Source of the DNA: Gammaproteobacteria bacterium
GTDB taxonomy: Bacteria > Pseudomonadota > Gammaproteobacteria > GCA-001735895
Direction: 5' to 3'
Length of the DNA stretch: 51,649 nt
NCBI GenBank assembly: GCA_047622345.1
Contig: JBLHOA010000002.1
Coordinates: 1-51,649, forward strand
Positions 32,609-41,670 of the stretch are shown one piece after another. The notes under the pieces are model-generated. The model was not told the DNA's origin. It searched no databases and saw only the letters and a list, made by a program, of their open reading frames with translations. The translations under genes were made by a program, and so were the position numbers. Position 1 is the stretch's first letter; each line of letters starts with the position of its first letter.

Positions 32609-32869
32609 ATGCCTAGAGTCACCGTTTACAGTACCGCCAGTTGCATGTTCTGCAGCCGGGCAAAATCGATGCTTGAAAAATGGGCGATCGAATTTGATGA
32701 AATTCGTATTGACCAGGATCAGGCTGCCTTGCTCGAGTTTAACGAAGTAACGAACGGCGCACGCACCGTTCCACAAATCATTATCGACGGCAAAGTCATT
32801 GGTGGTTTCACCGAATTAACCGAGCTTCACATGGATGGTGAGCTTGACCATTTAATGCCAGTACAATAA
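32609..32869 (+). CDS. Dithiol glutaredoxin (GrxC-like)
   Basis: CMFC active site, RTVPQI, IGGFTEL. Confidence 0.9.
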   Translation: MPRVTVYSTASCMFCSRAKSMLEKWAIEFDEIRIDQDQAALLEFNEVTNGARTVPQIIIDGKVIGGFTELTELHMDGELDHLMPVQ

Positions 32870-32877
32870 CAATCATT

Positions 32878-33210
32878 ATGGCCAAATCTACCGAAAAAAC
32901 TTTTCGCATCCAGTTTCATAATAATAATAAAATTTATGAACTCTATGCCCACGAAGTCAGTCAATCGGAAATGATGGGGTTTATCGAAGTAGGCAGGTTT
33001 ATTTTTGGTGAGCAATCGAAAATACTCATCGACCCGGCCGAAGAAAAATTAAAGATCGAATTTGGCAACGTTAAACATACCTTTATTCCACATCACTCGG
33101 TGATTCGTATTGATGAAGTTGATCAAAGTGGTAAGAATCGGATTATCGACAACGATGGCTCGACCGTCACCAGCTTTCCGGGAACAACGAGCATCCCTGG
33201 CAACCAGTAA
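32878..33210 (+). CDS. DUF1820-like protein
   Basis: FRIQFHN..KIYELYA, GFIEV, IDPAEEKLK.EF..V..TFIP.HSVIRIDEV. Confidence 0.78.
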   Translation: MAKSTEKTFRIQFHNNNKIYELYAHEVSQSEMMGFIEVGRFIFGEQSKILIDPAEEKLKIEFGNVKHTFIPHHSVIRIDEVDQSGKNRIIDNDGSTVTSFPGTTSIPGNQ

Positions 33211-34073
33211 TGCCGGATCTTGCAGCGATGCAAATTTCCGCTGTTATCCCCAGCTTCAACCGCGCTTATAGTCTGGAAAGGGCAGTGACATCGGTACTCG
33301 ATCAAAAATCTTCAGTTGAAGAAATAATTCTGGTCGACGATGGCTCCACCGATCGCAGCTGCGATGACCTCGTGGCCAAATACCCGCAGCTGAAATTGAT
33401 CAAACAATCGAATCAAGGCGTCAGCGCCGCCAGAAACACAGGCATTGCAGCCGCCGCTTACGCCTGGATAGCACTACTGGATTCCGATGACAGCTGGCTT
33501 CCGAACAAGATCGAAAGCATTCGTCGGGCACAGCACCAGCACCCCGGCTATGTGCTGTATCATTCCGACGAAATATGGGTGCGCAATGGTAAAAGGGTCA
33601 ATCAAATGAACAAACATCAAAAAGCTGGCGGCTGGATTTTCAATCAGTGCCTATCTTTGTGTGCCATATCCCCATCGGCTGCAGTAATGCAAAAATCGAC
33701 CATTGAGGATCTCGGCATGTTCGACCCTGATCTGCCCGCCTGCGAGGACTATGACCTATGGCTACGCCTTTGCCATCGCTTTCCGGTCTACTATATCGAA
33801 CAGGCTTTGATCACTAAATTCGGCGGCCATGCGGATCAACTGTCGCAAAAATACTGGGGCATGGATCGATTTCGCATTCGTTCGCTTAACCGTTTACTGG
33901 AACAGGAATCGTTGACCGCCGAAAACTTTGCGCCGGCGGTGGCGACTATTGTCGCCAAGCTTGGGATACTGCTGGCTGGCGCCCGTAAACGCGAAAATCA
34001 GCAGGTGCTGGACGAGTTCAAGCCATTACTGCAAAAATGGGAACGGCAAATTAGCGAAGCCATGCCATGTTGA
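33210..34073 (+). CDS. Family 2 (GT-A) glycosyltransferase
   Basis: VIPSFNR, VDDGSTD, NQGVSAARN, LDSDD (DxD), EDYDLWLR, GGHADQLS. Alternative start at 33228. Confidence 0.9.
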   Translation: MPDLAAMQISAVIPSFNRAYSLERAVTSVLDQKSSVEEIILVDDGSTDRSCDDLVAKYPQLKLIKQSNQGVSAARNTGIAAAAYAWIALLDSDDSWLPNKIESIRRAQHQHPGYVLYHSDEIWVRNGKRVNQMNKHQKAGGWIFNQCLSLCAISPSAAVMQKSTIEDLGMFDPDLPACEDYDLWLRLCHRFPVYYIEQALITKFGGHADQLSQKYWGMDRFRIRSLNRLLEQESLTAENFAPAVATIVAKLGILLAGARKRENQQVLDEFKPLLQKWERQISEAMPC

Positions 34074-34876
34074 TCTGGGTATGCGCACTTCATTGCGAAG
34101 CAAAACCAATCATCGATTTTTATCGCCTTAAAAAGTCGCATGAGGAATCAGCCTTCGACCTGTATAGCAATACTGATATGGCTTGCATTATCAGCGGGGT
34201 CGGGAAAATGAACAGTGCGATTGCCACCGCCTGGGTTGCCGCCAAATACTCTGACTGTCGCTCAATTGCCTGGGTTAACCTCGGAACAGCAGGCGCTAGA
34301 GATGCGGCTATAGGGTCTATTTATGCAATCAATCAGGTTTTACAGGCCGCCAACGACAAATCATTTTATTCCCCCTTGATGAAAGTAAATCGAATGGCCA
34401 CCGCCAGCTGTATTACCATCGATCAGGAGCGCGATGATTACCATGCCCAACATCTGTTTGATATGGAGGCCGCTGGATTTTATCAGGCGGCAACCCGCTT
34501 CAGCAGCTTGGAGTTAATCCAGTGTATCAAGGTCATTAGCGACAATAGTAATCATCCCCGCCACCGTGACCGGCAGGCGATTAGCGACTTGATTTACGGC
34601 AATATTGAAGCGATCGATCAGGTTTTCCGGCAATTGATGGTAATCAATCAGGGCATGATAAACCGCGACATCGGCGCACAGGACTGGTTATCGATTTCAG
34701 GTCTGGCGTCATTCAGCCAAACCCAGAAAAACAAACTGCGCGGGCTGTTGCGATACCTACTCAACCGTCAGCATTCAGTGGAAGACATCCAGTGCCAACT
34801 CAAACAATACAGCACGGCTGCGGCAATGATAAAAGCGTTAGAGTTGCTCAGCTTCGACGACAGCAGCAGGCTATAG
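34067..34876 (+). CDS. MTA/SAH nucleosidase-like (PNP/UDP superfamily) protein with a C-terminal extension
   Basis: ALHCEA, SGVGK, NLGTAG, DMEAAGF and KVISD correspond to the MTAN motifs AMEEE, SGIGK, NTGSAG, EMEA and RAISD. Confidence 0.78.
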   Translation: MLIWVCALHCEAKPIIDFYRLKKSHEESAFDLYSNTDMACIISGVGKMNSAIATAWVAAKYSDCRSIAWVNLGTAGARDAAIGSIYAINQVLQAANDKSFYSPLMKVNRMATASCITIDQERDDYHAQHLFDMEAAGFYQAATRFSSLELIQCIKVISDNSNHPRHRDRQAISDLIYGNIEAIDQVFRQLMVINQGMINRDIGAQDWLSISGLASFSQTQKNKLRGLLRYLLNRQHSVEDIQCQLKQYSTAAAMIKALELLSFDDSSRL

Positions 34877-34877
34877 C

Positions 34878-35876
34878 ATGACCAGTTCTGTGTATATCGA
34901 ATCGGATTTACTCGAGCACCCGGTTGCCAGACAGCTACTCGATCGCCTGAAAAACCGGCCGATTGTAGAAATCAAACACTACGGCGAAGTATTCAACCCG
35001 AAGGCACAGAACTTCCGCCTGCAAAAAGCCAACCCTGCAATTATCATCGCGCGTAAAGAGAATCGACAGGTGCTGGCAATCCCCGAAGGCTACGGTCTGG
35101 GGGGTGATCACAACTATTATTTTTCGCATATGTTGAATTGCGTTTACGATTGCCGCTATTGCTTTTTGCAGGGGATGTATCGATCGGCTAACCAGATAAT
35201 CTTCGTTAATTTCGAAGACTTTGCCGCACAGATTGACACTATCTCAGAGCAGCATCGCGGGGAATCCGTCTGGTTTTATTCCGGTTACGACTGCGACAGC
35301 CTGGCTTTCGATCCGATGACAAAATTCAGTGACTATTTTATTCCGGTGATCGAGGCGAATGAAAATGCCTGGCTGGAATTGCGCACCAAAAGCACGCAGA
35401 TTCGATCCCTGCTGAATCGTGAACCGGTACCCCGCGTTGTCACCGCTTTCAGTTTTACCGATCAGCATAGCCACGAAAAGTTAGAGCACGGCGTGCCCAC
35501 GATAGCAAAGCGAATCGATGCGATGAAACGACTGATCGATGCCGGGTGGCCGGTGGGCCTGCGACTCGATCCGGTGATATATCATGATGATTATCAGAAC
35601 GCCTTCCGCCAGTTGCTCGAAAACATGTTTGCAGTGATCGACCCGTTGGCATTGCACTCAGTCAGCCTTGGGAATTTTCGTCTGACTAAAGACCATTACC
35701 GAAAAGTCACCCGCCTCTACCCCGATGAGCCACTATTTGCACAACAGCTCGAACTCAATAATGGCTTAGTCAGTTACCCCCAACAGCTGGAACAGGAAAT
35801 GATCGGCTTCTGCGAGAGTGAACTATTGAGATACATTCCGGCTGAAATTTTTCATCCCTGTGAATGGCATGATTAA
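34878..35876 (+). CDS. Spore photoproduct lyase-like radical SAM enzyme
   Basis: CVYDCRYC (CxxxCxxC) followed by FLQ; ELRTKS; LEHG....KRI.A; GLRLDPVI. These resemble SplB family blocks. Confidence 0.85.
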   Translation: MTSSVYIESDLLEHPVARQLLDRLKNRPIVEIKHYGEVFNPKAQNFRLQKANPAIIIARKENRQVLAIPEGYGLGGDHNYYFSHMLNCVYDCRYCFLQGMYRSANQIIFVNFEDFAAQIDTISEQHRGESVWFYSGYDCDSLAFDPMTKFSDYFIPVIEANENAWLELRTKSTQIRSLLNREPVPRVVTAFSFTDQHSHEKLEHGVPTIAKRIDAMKRLIDAGWPVGLRLDPVIYHDDYQNAFRQLLENMFAVIDPLALHSVSLGNFRLTKDHYRKVTRLYPDEPLFAQQLELNNGLVSYPQQLEQEMIGFCESELLRYIPAEIFHPCEWHD

Positions 35877-36585
35877 AGTAAAGCGTGCCCTGGTTACCGG
35901 TGCGAGTTCGGGAATCGGGATGGCAATCTGCAATCGATTATTAGCGCAGAAATTCGCAGTCGTAGGCCTCAGCCGTAGAGGTATGGTTGATCAACTCGAC
36001 GACCCGAATTTTAGTGGATACTCAATCGACTTAGAAGACATCGATAATCTTGCTAAACAGTTATCACCGGTCATTGATGGCAAGGAATTCGATTGCTTTG
36101 TCCACTGCGCCGGCAGTGGCCGTTTCGGGTCGGTCGAACAATTTTCGGTAGCACAAATCGATCAGTCAATCCGCCTCAATCTGACCAGCGCATTAATATT
36201 GAGCCGCGCCATAATCCCGGGATTTCGTCGAAATAAAAAAGGCCGGGTAATATTTATAGGTTCTGAGTCATCACTTACTGCCGGTAAAAAAGGCGCTCTC
36301 TACTCAGCGGCAAAATTCGGCCTGAGGGGATTTAGCCAGGCACTGCGTGAAGACTGCGCCAAAGATGGTATTCAAGTCAGTTTGATCAACCCGGGAATGG
36401 TTCGCAGCCCATTTTTTGATTCGCTTTCATTTCGCCCCGGCGACTTAGCCGAAAATGCAATCAGCCCCGACGATGTTGCCAGGGTTGTGACCCAGATACT
36501 TGAATCGAGTACCGATATCGTCTTCGACGAAATAAATTTGTCACCCCGCGTCAAATCGATAAATTTTTCCAAAAACGACGATTAA
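35869..36585 (+). CDS. Classical short-chain dehydrogenase/reductase, likely NADP(H)
   Basis: TGASSGIG, basic SRR after beta2, GSES, YSAAK, NPGMV. ATG 35869 overlaps the radical SAM stop by 8 nt. Confidence 0.9.
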   Translation: MIKVKRALVTGASSGIGMAICNRLLAQKFAVVGLSRRGMVDQLDDPNFSGYSIDLEDIDNLAKQLSPVIDGKEFDCFVHCAGSGRFGSVEQFSVAQIDQSIRLNLTSALILSRAIIPGFRRNKKGRVIFIGSESSLTAGKKGALYSAAKFGLRGFSQALREDCAKDGIQVSLINPGMVRSPFFDSLSFRPGDLAENAISPDDVARVVTQILESSTDIVFDEINLSPRVKSINFSKNDD

Positions 36586-36690
36586 ATTTTGACCCGGGCA
36601 CGCCCGAACAACCCAAAATCTGCTTGTTATAGGCAATTTTCCTTGTAAACTCTGAATTCAATTTATAAGCAGAGCTAACAAAAACCCAAG

Positions 36691-37704
36691 GTGAAACTTC
36701 AACAGCTGCGCTTTCTGGATGCCGTCGTACGAAATAATCTAAATGTTTCTTCGGCAGCAGAAGAACTGTACACCTCGCAACCCGGTGTCAGCCATCAAAT
36801 AAAATTACTCGAAGACGAACTTGATATTCAGATTTTCGAACGCTCCGGCAAAAAATTAACCGCCATTTCGCCCGCAGGTAATGCAATTCTCGAACACGTT
36901 GTCGATCTGCTGAATAGTGCAAAAAACATAAAGCAGGCAGCGCATGAATTCAGCAAAAGCAATCGCGGCAGCCTGACCATTGCAACCACGCATACCCAGG
37001 CTCAATTTATCCTGCCACCAATTCTGCAGCGTTTTTCTGAAAAATACCCTCATATTGAATTGCGCGTTCACCAGGGAAACCCAAAATCAATGTGCAAACT
37101 GGCGGCAAATAATCAGGTTGATTTTGTCATTGCCTCCGAAGTTATCGACGAATGGTCCGAACTGGTTACTATCCCGGCCTACCGCTGGAATCGGTACATA
37201 GTAGTCCCGCATAATCATGAGCTAACCAGAATGTCTGATATTACGCTTGAGCAACTCGCCAGCTTTCCGATTCTGACCTATATGCTTGGGATGACGGGCC
37301 GATCGCAGTTGGACAAGACTTTTCATGCCGCCAATCTTGAACCTCGAGTGGCTTTTACCGCTACCGATTCAGATGTTATCAAGACCTATGTTCGCCTCGG
37401 AATGGGTGCCGGCATAGTCGCTGAGATGGCCTGTCGCGATGAAGATTCCGACCTCGCTTTTATCAATGCCAGCCATTTATTTCCGAATAGTATGATTAAA
37501 ATCGGCTTTCGACACTCACGACATATCTCTGCTTATCAGTATGATTTTTTACACATGGTTGCGCCGTATCTATCGATGGAATCGATAAAGCTTATTGCGA
37601 GTAAACGTGCAGCTGATGACCGGAAATCGATGTTTGAACCCGACGATATCCCCGACTTTCAGGACATGCGCAGTTCGCTTTTGAAATTGAAGGCAGTCGT
37701 TTAA
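36691..37704 (+). CDS. cysB: CysB/Cbl-family LysR sulfur regulator
   Basis: MKLQQLR..NLNVSSAAEELYTSQPGVS, IATTHTQA, TGRSQLD, FTATDSDVIKTYVRLGMG. Confidence 0.9.
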   Translation: MKLQQLRFLDAVVRNNLNVSSAAEELYTSQPGVSHQIKLLEDELDIQIFERSGKKLTAISPAGNAILEHVVDLLNSAKNIKQAAHEFSKSNRGSLTIATTHTQAQFILPPILQRFSEKYPHIELRVHQGNPKSMCKLAANNQVDFVIASEVIDEWSELVTIPAYRWNRYIVVPHNHELTRMSDITLEQLASFPILTYMLGMTGRSQLDKTFHAANLEPRVAFTATDSDVIKTYVRLGMGAGIVAEMACRDEDSDLAFINASHLFPNSMIKIGFRHSRHISAYQYDFLHMVAPYLSMESIKLIASKRAADDRKSMFEPDDIPDFQDMRSSLLKLKAVV

Positions 37705-37712
37705 GTCGCTGA

Positions 37713-40430
37713 CTATCCGGCGGTTACCCGCTTATCGAGTAGCGTCGACATTTTAACCGGCTTGCCGACAACATAGCCCTGAATGTAGTCAACATTGGCT
37801 TCGCGCAATCGATCAAACATAGTATCTGACTCGACAAACTCGGCGATCACTTTTATATTCAGACTATGGCCAACTTCGGTCATCGAGCGAACAAAAACGT
37901 AACTGGTATCATCTTCGTTAATATTACGCACAAATTCTCCGTCGATCTTCAGAAAATCAACAGGAAACTGTTTCAAATAACTGAAGGATGACAATCCTGT
38001 GCCAAAATCATCCAGCGAAAATTTTGCACCCAGAGCCTTTATCGAATTGATGAATTCAATGGAGCGCGCAACATCATTAACTACCGCCGTTTCGGTGATT
38101 TCAAAACAAAGTGACGCCATATCTACATAGCTTTCAGCCAGGAACTGGTGTAAGAATTTATGAAACGAATGCGATCCTATACTTCTGCCGGACAGGTTTA
38201 TCGAAAACATAACATCGTCCATGCGTTCCGGGTTGTCTTGCAACCATCCGATTACCCGGGTCACTACCCAGATATCAATCTTCTCAATCAAATTATAACG
38301 CTCGGCAGGCGGCAGAAAATCATTCGGATAAATGAGCTCGCCTTCGGGACTGTTATAACGGATTAAAACTTCGAAATGCGCACGATGCTCATCTTCATCG
38401 AGGGATACTATAGGTTGAACATAGAGACAAAATCTATCTTCGCTAAATCCTTTTAAAATACCGGCAACCCAGTCCATCGACTCTTGCTGGGCCATTACTT
38501 TTTTATCATTTTCATCGATAAAATTGTATTGATTGCCACCATTTTGCTTGGCCAGGAAACAGGCGGTGGTGACTTTCGAGTAAAACTCAGAATATTCGTC
38601 GCTCAGTTGACCGAAGGCCATCACACCGATACTGGAGGTTATTTGATACTCTTTATCATTCCAGATAAAACCCGCTTGCTGAATTTCTATAATGATTTTC
38701 TGAATTGATTGCAATGCTCGTTCCATTTCAAAGAATGGCATGATCACACCGAATTCATCACCGCCAAGCCTGGACATAACATCAGACTTACGCACATGGG
38801 ACTTTATGATTGACGCGATCTGTTTGAGCAACAAATCGCCCGCGGCGCTTCCACAGGTGTCGTTCACCACCCGGAATTGATCAATATCGACATAAGCCAA
38901 AACATGCTGCGGGATCGAATTATTATTTTCCGTAATCAGATTATCAAATTTCTGCTCGAAGGCGACCCTATTTAAGAACCCGGTCAGTTGATCGTGACTG
39001 CCCTCATAGCTTAATTTTCGACGTAGCTTTCGATCCTCCGAAACGTCCTTGAGGATAATAACGTAACCCACATCTTCAGCTTCCATATCGATCATCGGAG
39101 AAGCTGAAAATTCGAGCTCAACGATGACCTTGTCTGGATCGAAGAAATACATGCTGTCCAATGTCTGTTTGTTCTGCAACAGTTGTGACACATCGACAAT
39201 CCGCGTTGTTTCCCGGTTTGAATAGAGGATCAATACTTCATGTATGGACAGATCAATCAGGTCGATTTCCTTGTCGCCAAATAGCTTTTCCGCCCCTGGG
39301 TTAGCGAGTTTGATTCTATCCTTTGAATCAATGACCACGACAGCATTAGTAATCGAGTCCAGAGTTGTTGATATGAATTCCTTTTCTGAACGCAGTTTTT
39401 CTTCCATCTGACGTCGCGAAATAGTTTCAGTTTCGAGGCCCTCAACCATTTCGTTATAGGCGATCACCACATCTTTCAACTCGCTGGGTAATTTTTCTTC
39501 GCTAATCGATGCATATTTACCGGTCAACAAAGCACCCACCGAGTTCCGCATTTTATTCATCGGACGAAAAGCGCGATTTAAAAATAGCATTATCAAGGTA
39601 AGCGCTGAAATTGTCGCGAGGAGAACCAGCAGGGTAAAGTTCGATTTGGTTCTCGAAAGCCTGTTAAGGAATGCCTGCTGGTTAAATGCGGCCGAGATAT
39701 TGGCCCCAAGGAACAAATCGTCGCCGTAGAGTTTAAACACGGGGTACAAAAAGCTATCCTCATCTGCGCCGACCAAGTCGTTCGAACGATAAAGCTCTTT
39801 CCCGGACATTGTCGAAATTAACACCGGCATATTGAGATCGGTTTCAATTTGCGACAGCGCATCGACTGCGTAGCCGACGACATGCAAATAGGCCCTCGGT
39901 TCAAATACTCCAACCGGGACAAGTACTTCGCTAAACAGGTCATCGTTATAACTGCACAGCGCGTAGATCGGTTTATTGGGGCGAATAAAATCCCCCCCTA
40001 TCGATTCGAGCGCGATGGGACAGCCACTATAAGCAATTAGCTCGCCATCCGAACTTTGCGCAAATACTTCACCTTGCAAATTTCGTACAATTATCGACTT
40101 CAGTCGCATTCGTTTTGGTGAGGCTTGCAGGCGTGCATAACTAGCGTTCAACCAGCTTTCCATTAAATCAACGTCATTCGACTTCAACGCTTGTTGAAAG
40201 GTGGACTCGTGCTGAAGTTTGTAGGCAAAACGCTTCTGCTGGTTATACAAATCATTGATTACTTCGTTGCTTTTGATTTTGAGAATCGACTGCAAGGTTT
40301 CGGTTTGATTTTCTATCGCCAGTTTGCTGTAAATATGAGTACTGTACAGTGCCAGTCCAAGCGCAAGGGCACCAAGCCAGACTAGGGCGATTGTGATAAT
40401 AAATTTAAAACTGTATAGGCGGGTTAACAT
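37713..40430 (-). CDS. Membrane sensor diguanylate cyclase/phosphodiesterase (2 TM, periplasmic domain, HAMP, PAS, GGDEF, EAL)
   Basis: HDQLTGFLNR, RKSD I-site, RLGGDEFG; EVLIR, EITET, DDFGTGLSS, KIDG, IAEFVE, QGY. Confidence 0.93.
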   Translation of the reverse strand: MLTRLYSFKFIITIALVWLGALALGLALYSTHIYSKLAIENQTETLQSILKIKSNEVINDLYNQQKRFAYKLQHESTFQQALKSNDVDLMESWLNASYARLQASPKRMRLKSIIVRNLQGEVFAQSSDGELIAYSGCPIALESIGGDFIRPNKPIYALCSYNDDLFSEVLVPVGVFEPRAYLHVVGYAVDALSQIETDLNMPVLISTMSGKELYRSNDLVGADEDSFLYPVFKLYGDDLFLGANISAAFNQQAFLNRLSRTKSNFTLLVLLATISALTLIMLFLNRAFRPMNKMRNSVGALLTGKYASISEEKLPSELKDVVIAYNEMVEGLETETISRRQMEEKLRSEKEFISTTLDSITNAVVVIDSKDRIKLANPGAEKLFGDKEIDLIDLSIHEVLILYSNRETTRIVDVSQLLQNKQTLDSMYFFDPDKVIVELEFSASPMIDMEAEDVGYVIILKDVSEDRKLRRKLSYEGSHDQLTGFLNRVAFEQKFDNLITENNNSIPQHVLAYVDIDQFRVVNDTCGSAAGDLLLKQIASIIKSHVRKSDVMSRLGGDEFGVIMPFFEMERALQSIQKIIIEIQQAGFIWNDKEYQITSSIGVMAFGQLSDEYSEFYSKVTTACFLAKQNGGNQYNFIDENDKKVMAQQESMDWVAGILKGFSEDRFCLYVQPIVSLDEDEHRAHFEVLIRYNSPEGELIYPNDFLPPAERYNLIEKIDIWVVTRVIGWLQDNPERMDDVMFSINLSGRSIGSHSFHKFLHQFLAESYVDMASLCFEITETAVVNDVARSIEFINSIKALGAKFSLDDFGTGLSSFSYLKQFPVDFLKIDGEFVRNINEDDTSYVFVRSMTEVGHSLNIKVIAEFVESDTMFDRLREANVDYIQGYVVGKPVKMSTLLDKRVTAG

Positions 40431-40434
40431 CGAT

Positions 40435-40893
40435 TTACTCGATCACGAATGGATAATCCTTATCCTTCCATTCGGAGAAGCCACCCCGAAACCAGAATAA
40501 TCGTTGATATCCACATTCGGAGGCGATTTTTATAGCATCCACACTGGCCTCAGCGGCATTGCCGTAAAACACAAGAGCATTACTATAATTTGCAGCATGC
40601 ATCGATAAACTCGCACAGTTTGTATCAGCGACCGGTAAGCTAATCGACGATTCTATATAACCAAATGGCCGGTCTTCGTGGTAGCGGGAATCAAAAATTT
40701 TTAAATCTGCGACCGATTGATACAACTCAATCAGGTTTTCCGAGTCGATGCCAAGCGCCAGCGACTGGATTTCAACTATCGAACTGGATTCAACATCCCT
40801 GTTTGCCCACAGCGGTGGCGCCGATAATATCGCTAGAGAAAATAATACAGTCGAACCCAAGCTTGCGGTTCGGCAAAATTCCATCGAAGTCAT
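40435..40893 (-). CDS. Exported rhodanese-like protein lacking the catalytic Cys
   Basis: Signal-peptide-like N-terminus, FDSR, GYIESSISLP, WFRGGFSEW...YP; the active-site loop reads FYGNAAEAS. Start may be 40905, 40893 or 40884. Confidence 0.78.
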   Translation of the reverse strand: MTSMEFCRTASLGSTVLFSLAILSAPPLWANRDVESSSIVEIQSLALGIDSENLIELYQSVADLKIFDSRYHEDRPFGYIESSISLPVADTNCASLSMHAANYSNALVFYGNAAEASVDAIKIASECGYQRLFWFRGGFSEWKDKDYPFVIE

Positions 40894-40985
40894 AGCATTA
40901 CGCAAAAAATGGCTGAAATTCGGGAGATGATTTATAGTTTATTTATTATTTATCACAGACTTAGGTGACTTACTTAAATAAAGTA

Positions 40986-41609
40986 TTAGCACGATACTCC
41001 TGTACCACCCAAACCACAATAGCCCGCTGGATTTTTTTCCAGATACTGCTGGTGGTACTCCTCTGCATAGTAAAATGGCCCCGCCGACGTTATTTCGGTG
41101 GTAATCGCAGGGTATCCGGCCTGTTCGAGTTTTTGCCGATATTGCAGCAGACTGCGTTTTGCAAATTCGCCTTGCTGGTCATCACAGTAATAAATTCCCG
41201 AGCGATACTGGGTACCCTGGTCGTTGCCCTGACGCATCCCCTGGGTCGGGTTATGCGACTCCCAGAAGGTTTTTAACAGTGAACCAAGGCTGATTTTCTG
41301 CGGATCATAAACCACCAGAACAACCTCATTGTGACCGGTCATTCCGCTGCAAACTTCCTGATAGCTGGGATTGGGTGTATGCCCGGCCGCGTAGCCGACC
41401 GCGGTGGTATAAACACCCTCCAGATTCCAGAATTTTCGCTCTGCCCCCCAAAAACAACCGAGCCCAAAAACAATCTGCTCGCAGTTTTCAGGAAAAGGGC
41501 TGACCATAGAGGTCCCCAGCACAACATGAATCGCATTAAAATCAATGGCTTGCTCGCGACCTGGCAGTGCCTGATCGGCCGCCGGAATTTCTTTTGCTTT
41601 GGCAAACAT
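40986..41609 (-). CDS. msrA: Peptide methionine sulfoxide reductase A
   Basis: [47 protein letters not shown]. Confidence 0.97.
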   Translation of the reverse strand: MFAKAKEIPAADQALPGREQAIDFNAIHVVLGTSMVSPFPENCEQIVFGLGCFWGAERKFWNLEGVYTTAVGYAAGHTPNPSYQEVCSGMTGHNEVVLVVYDPQKISLGSLLKTFWESHNPTQGMRQGNDQGTQYRSGIYYCDDQQGEFAKRSLLQYRQKLEQAGYPAITTEITSAGPFYYAEEYHQQYLEKNPAGYCGLGGTGVSC

Positions 41610-41670
41610 AATCGTTCTCTCTATTAGCTAGTGTCTTAGTAAAACGCTGCAACAGTACTCTAGTGCTTCG

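Noticed and set aside
32609-36585. Radical SAM cassette as a mobile island or phage-defence DNA-modification locus
   Set aside because: No integrase, transposase, flanking repeats, tRNA, nuclease or visible composition shift; it is embedded among housekeeping genes.
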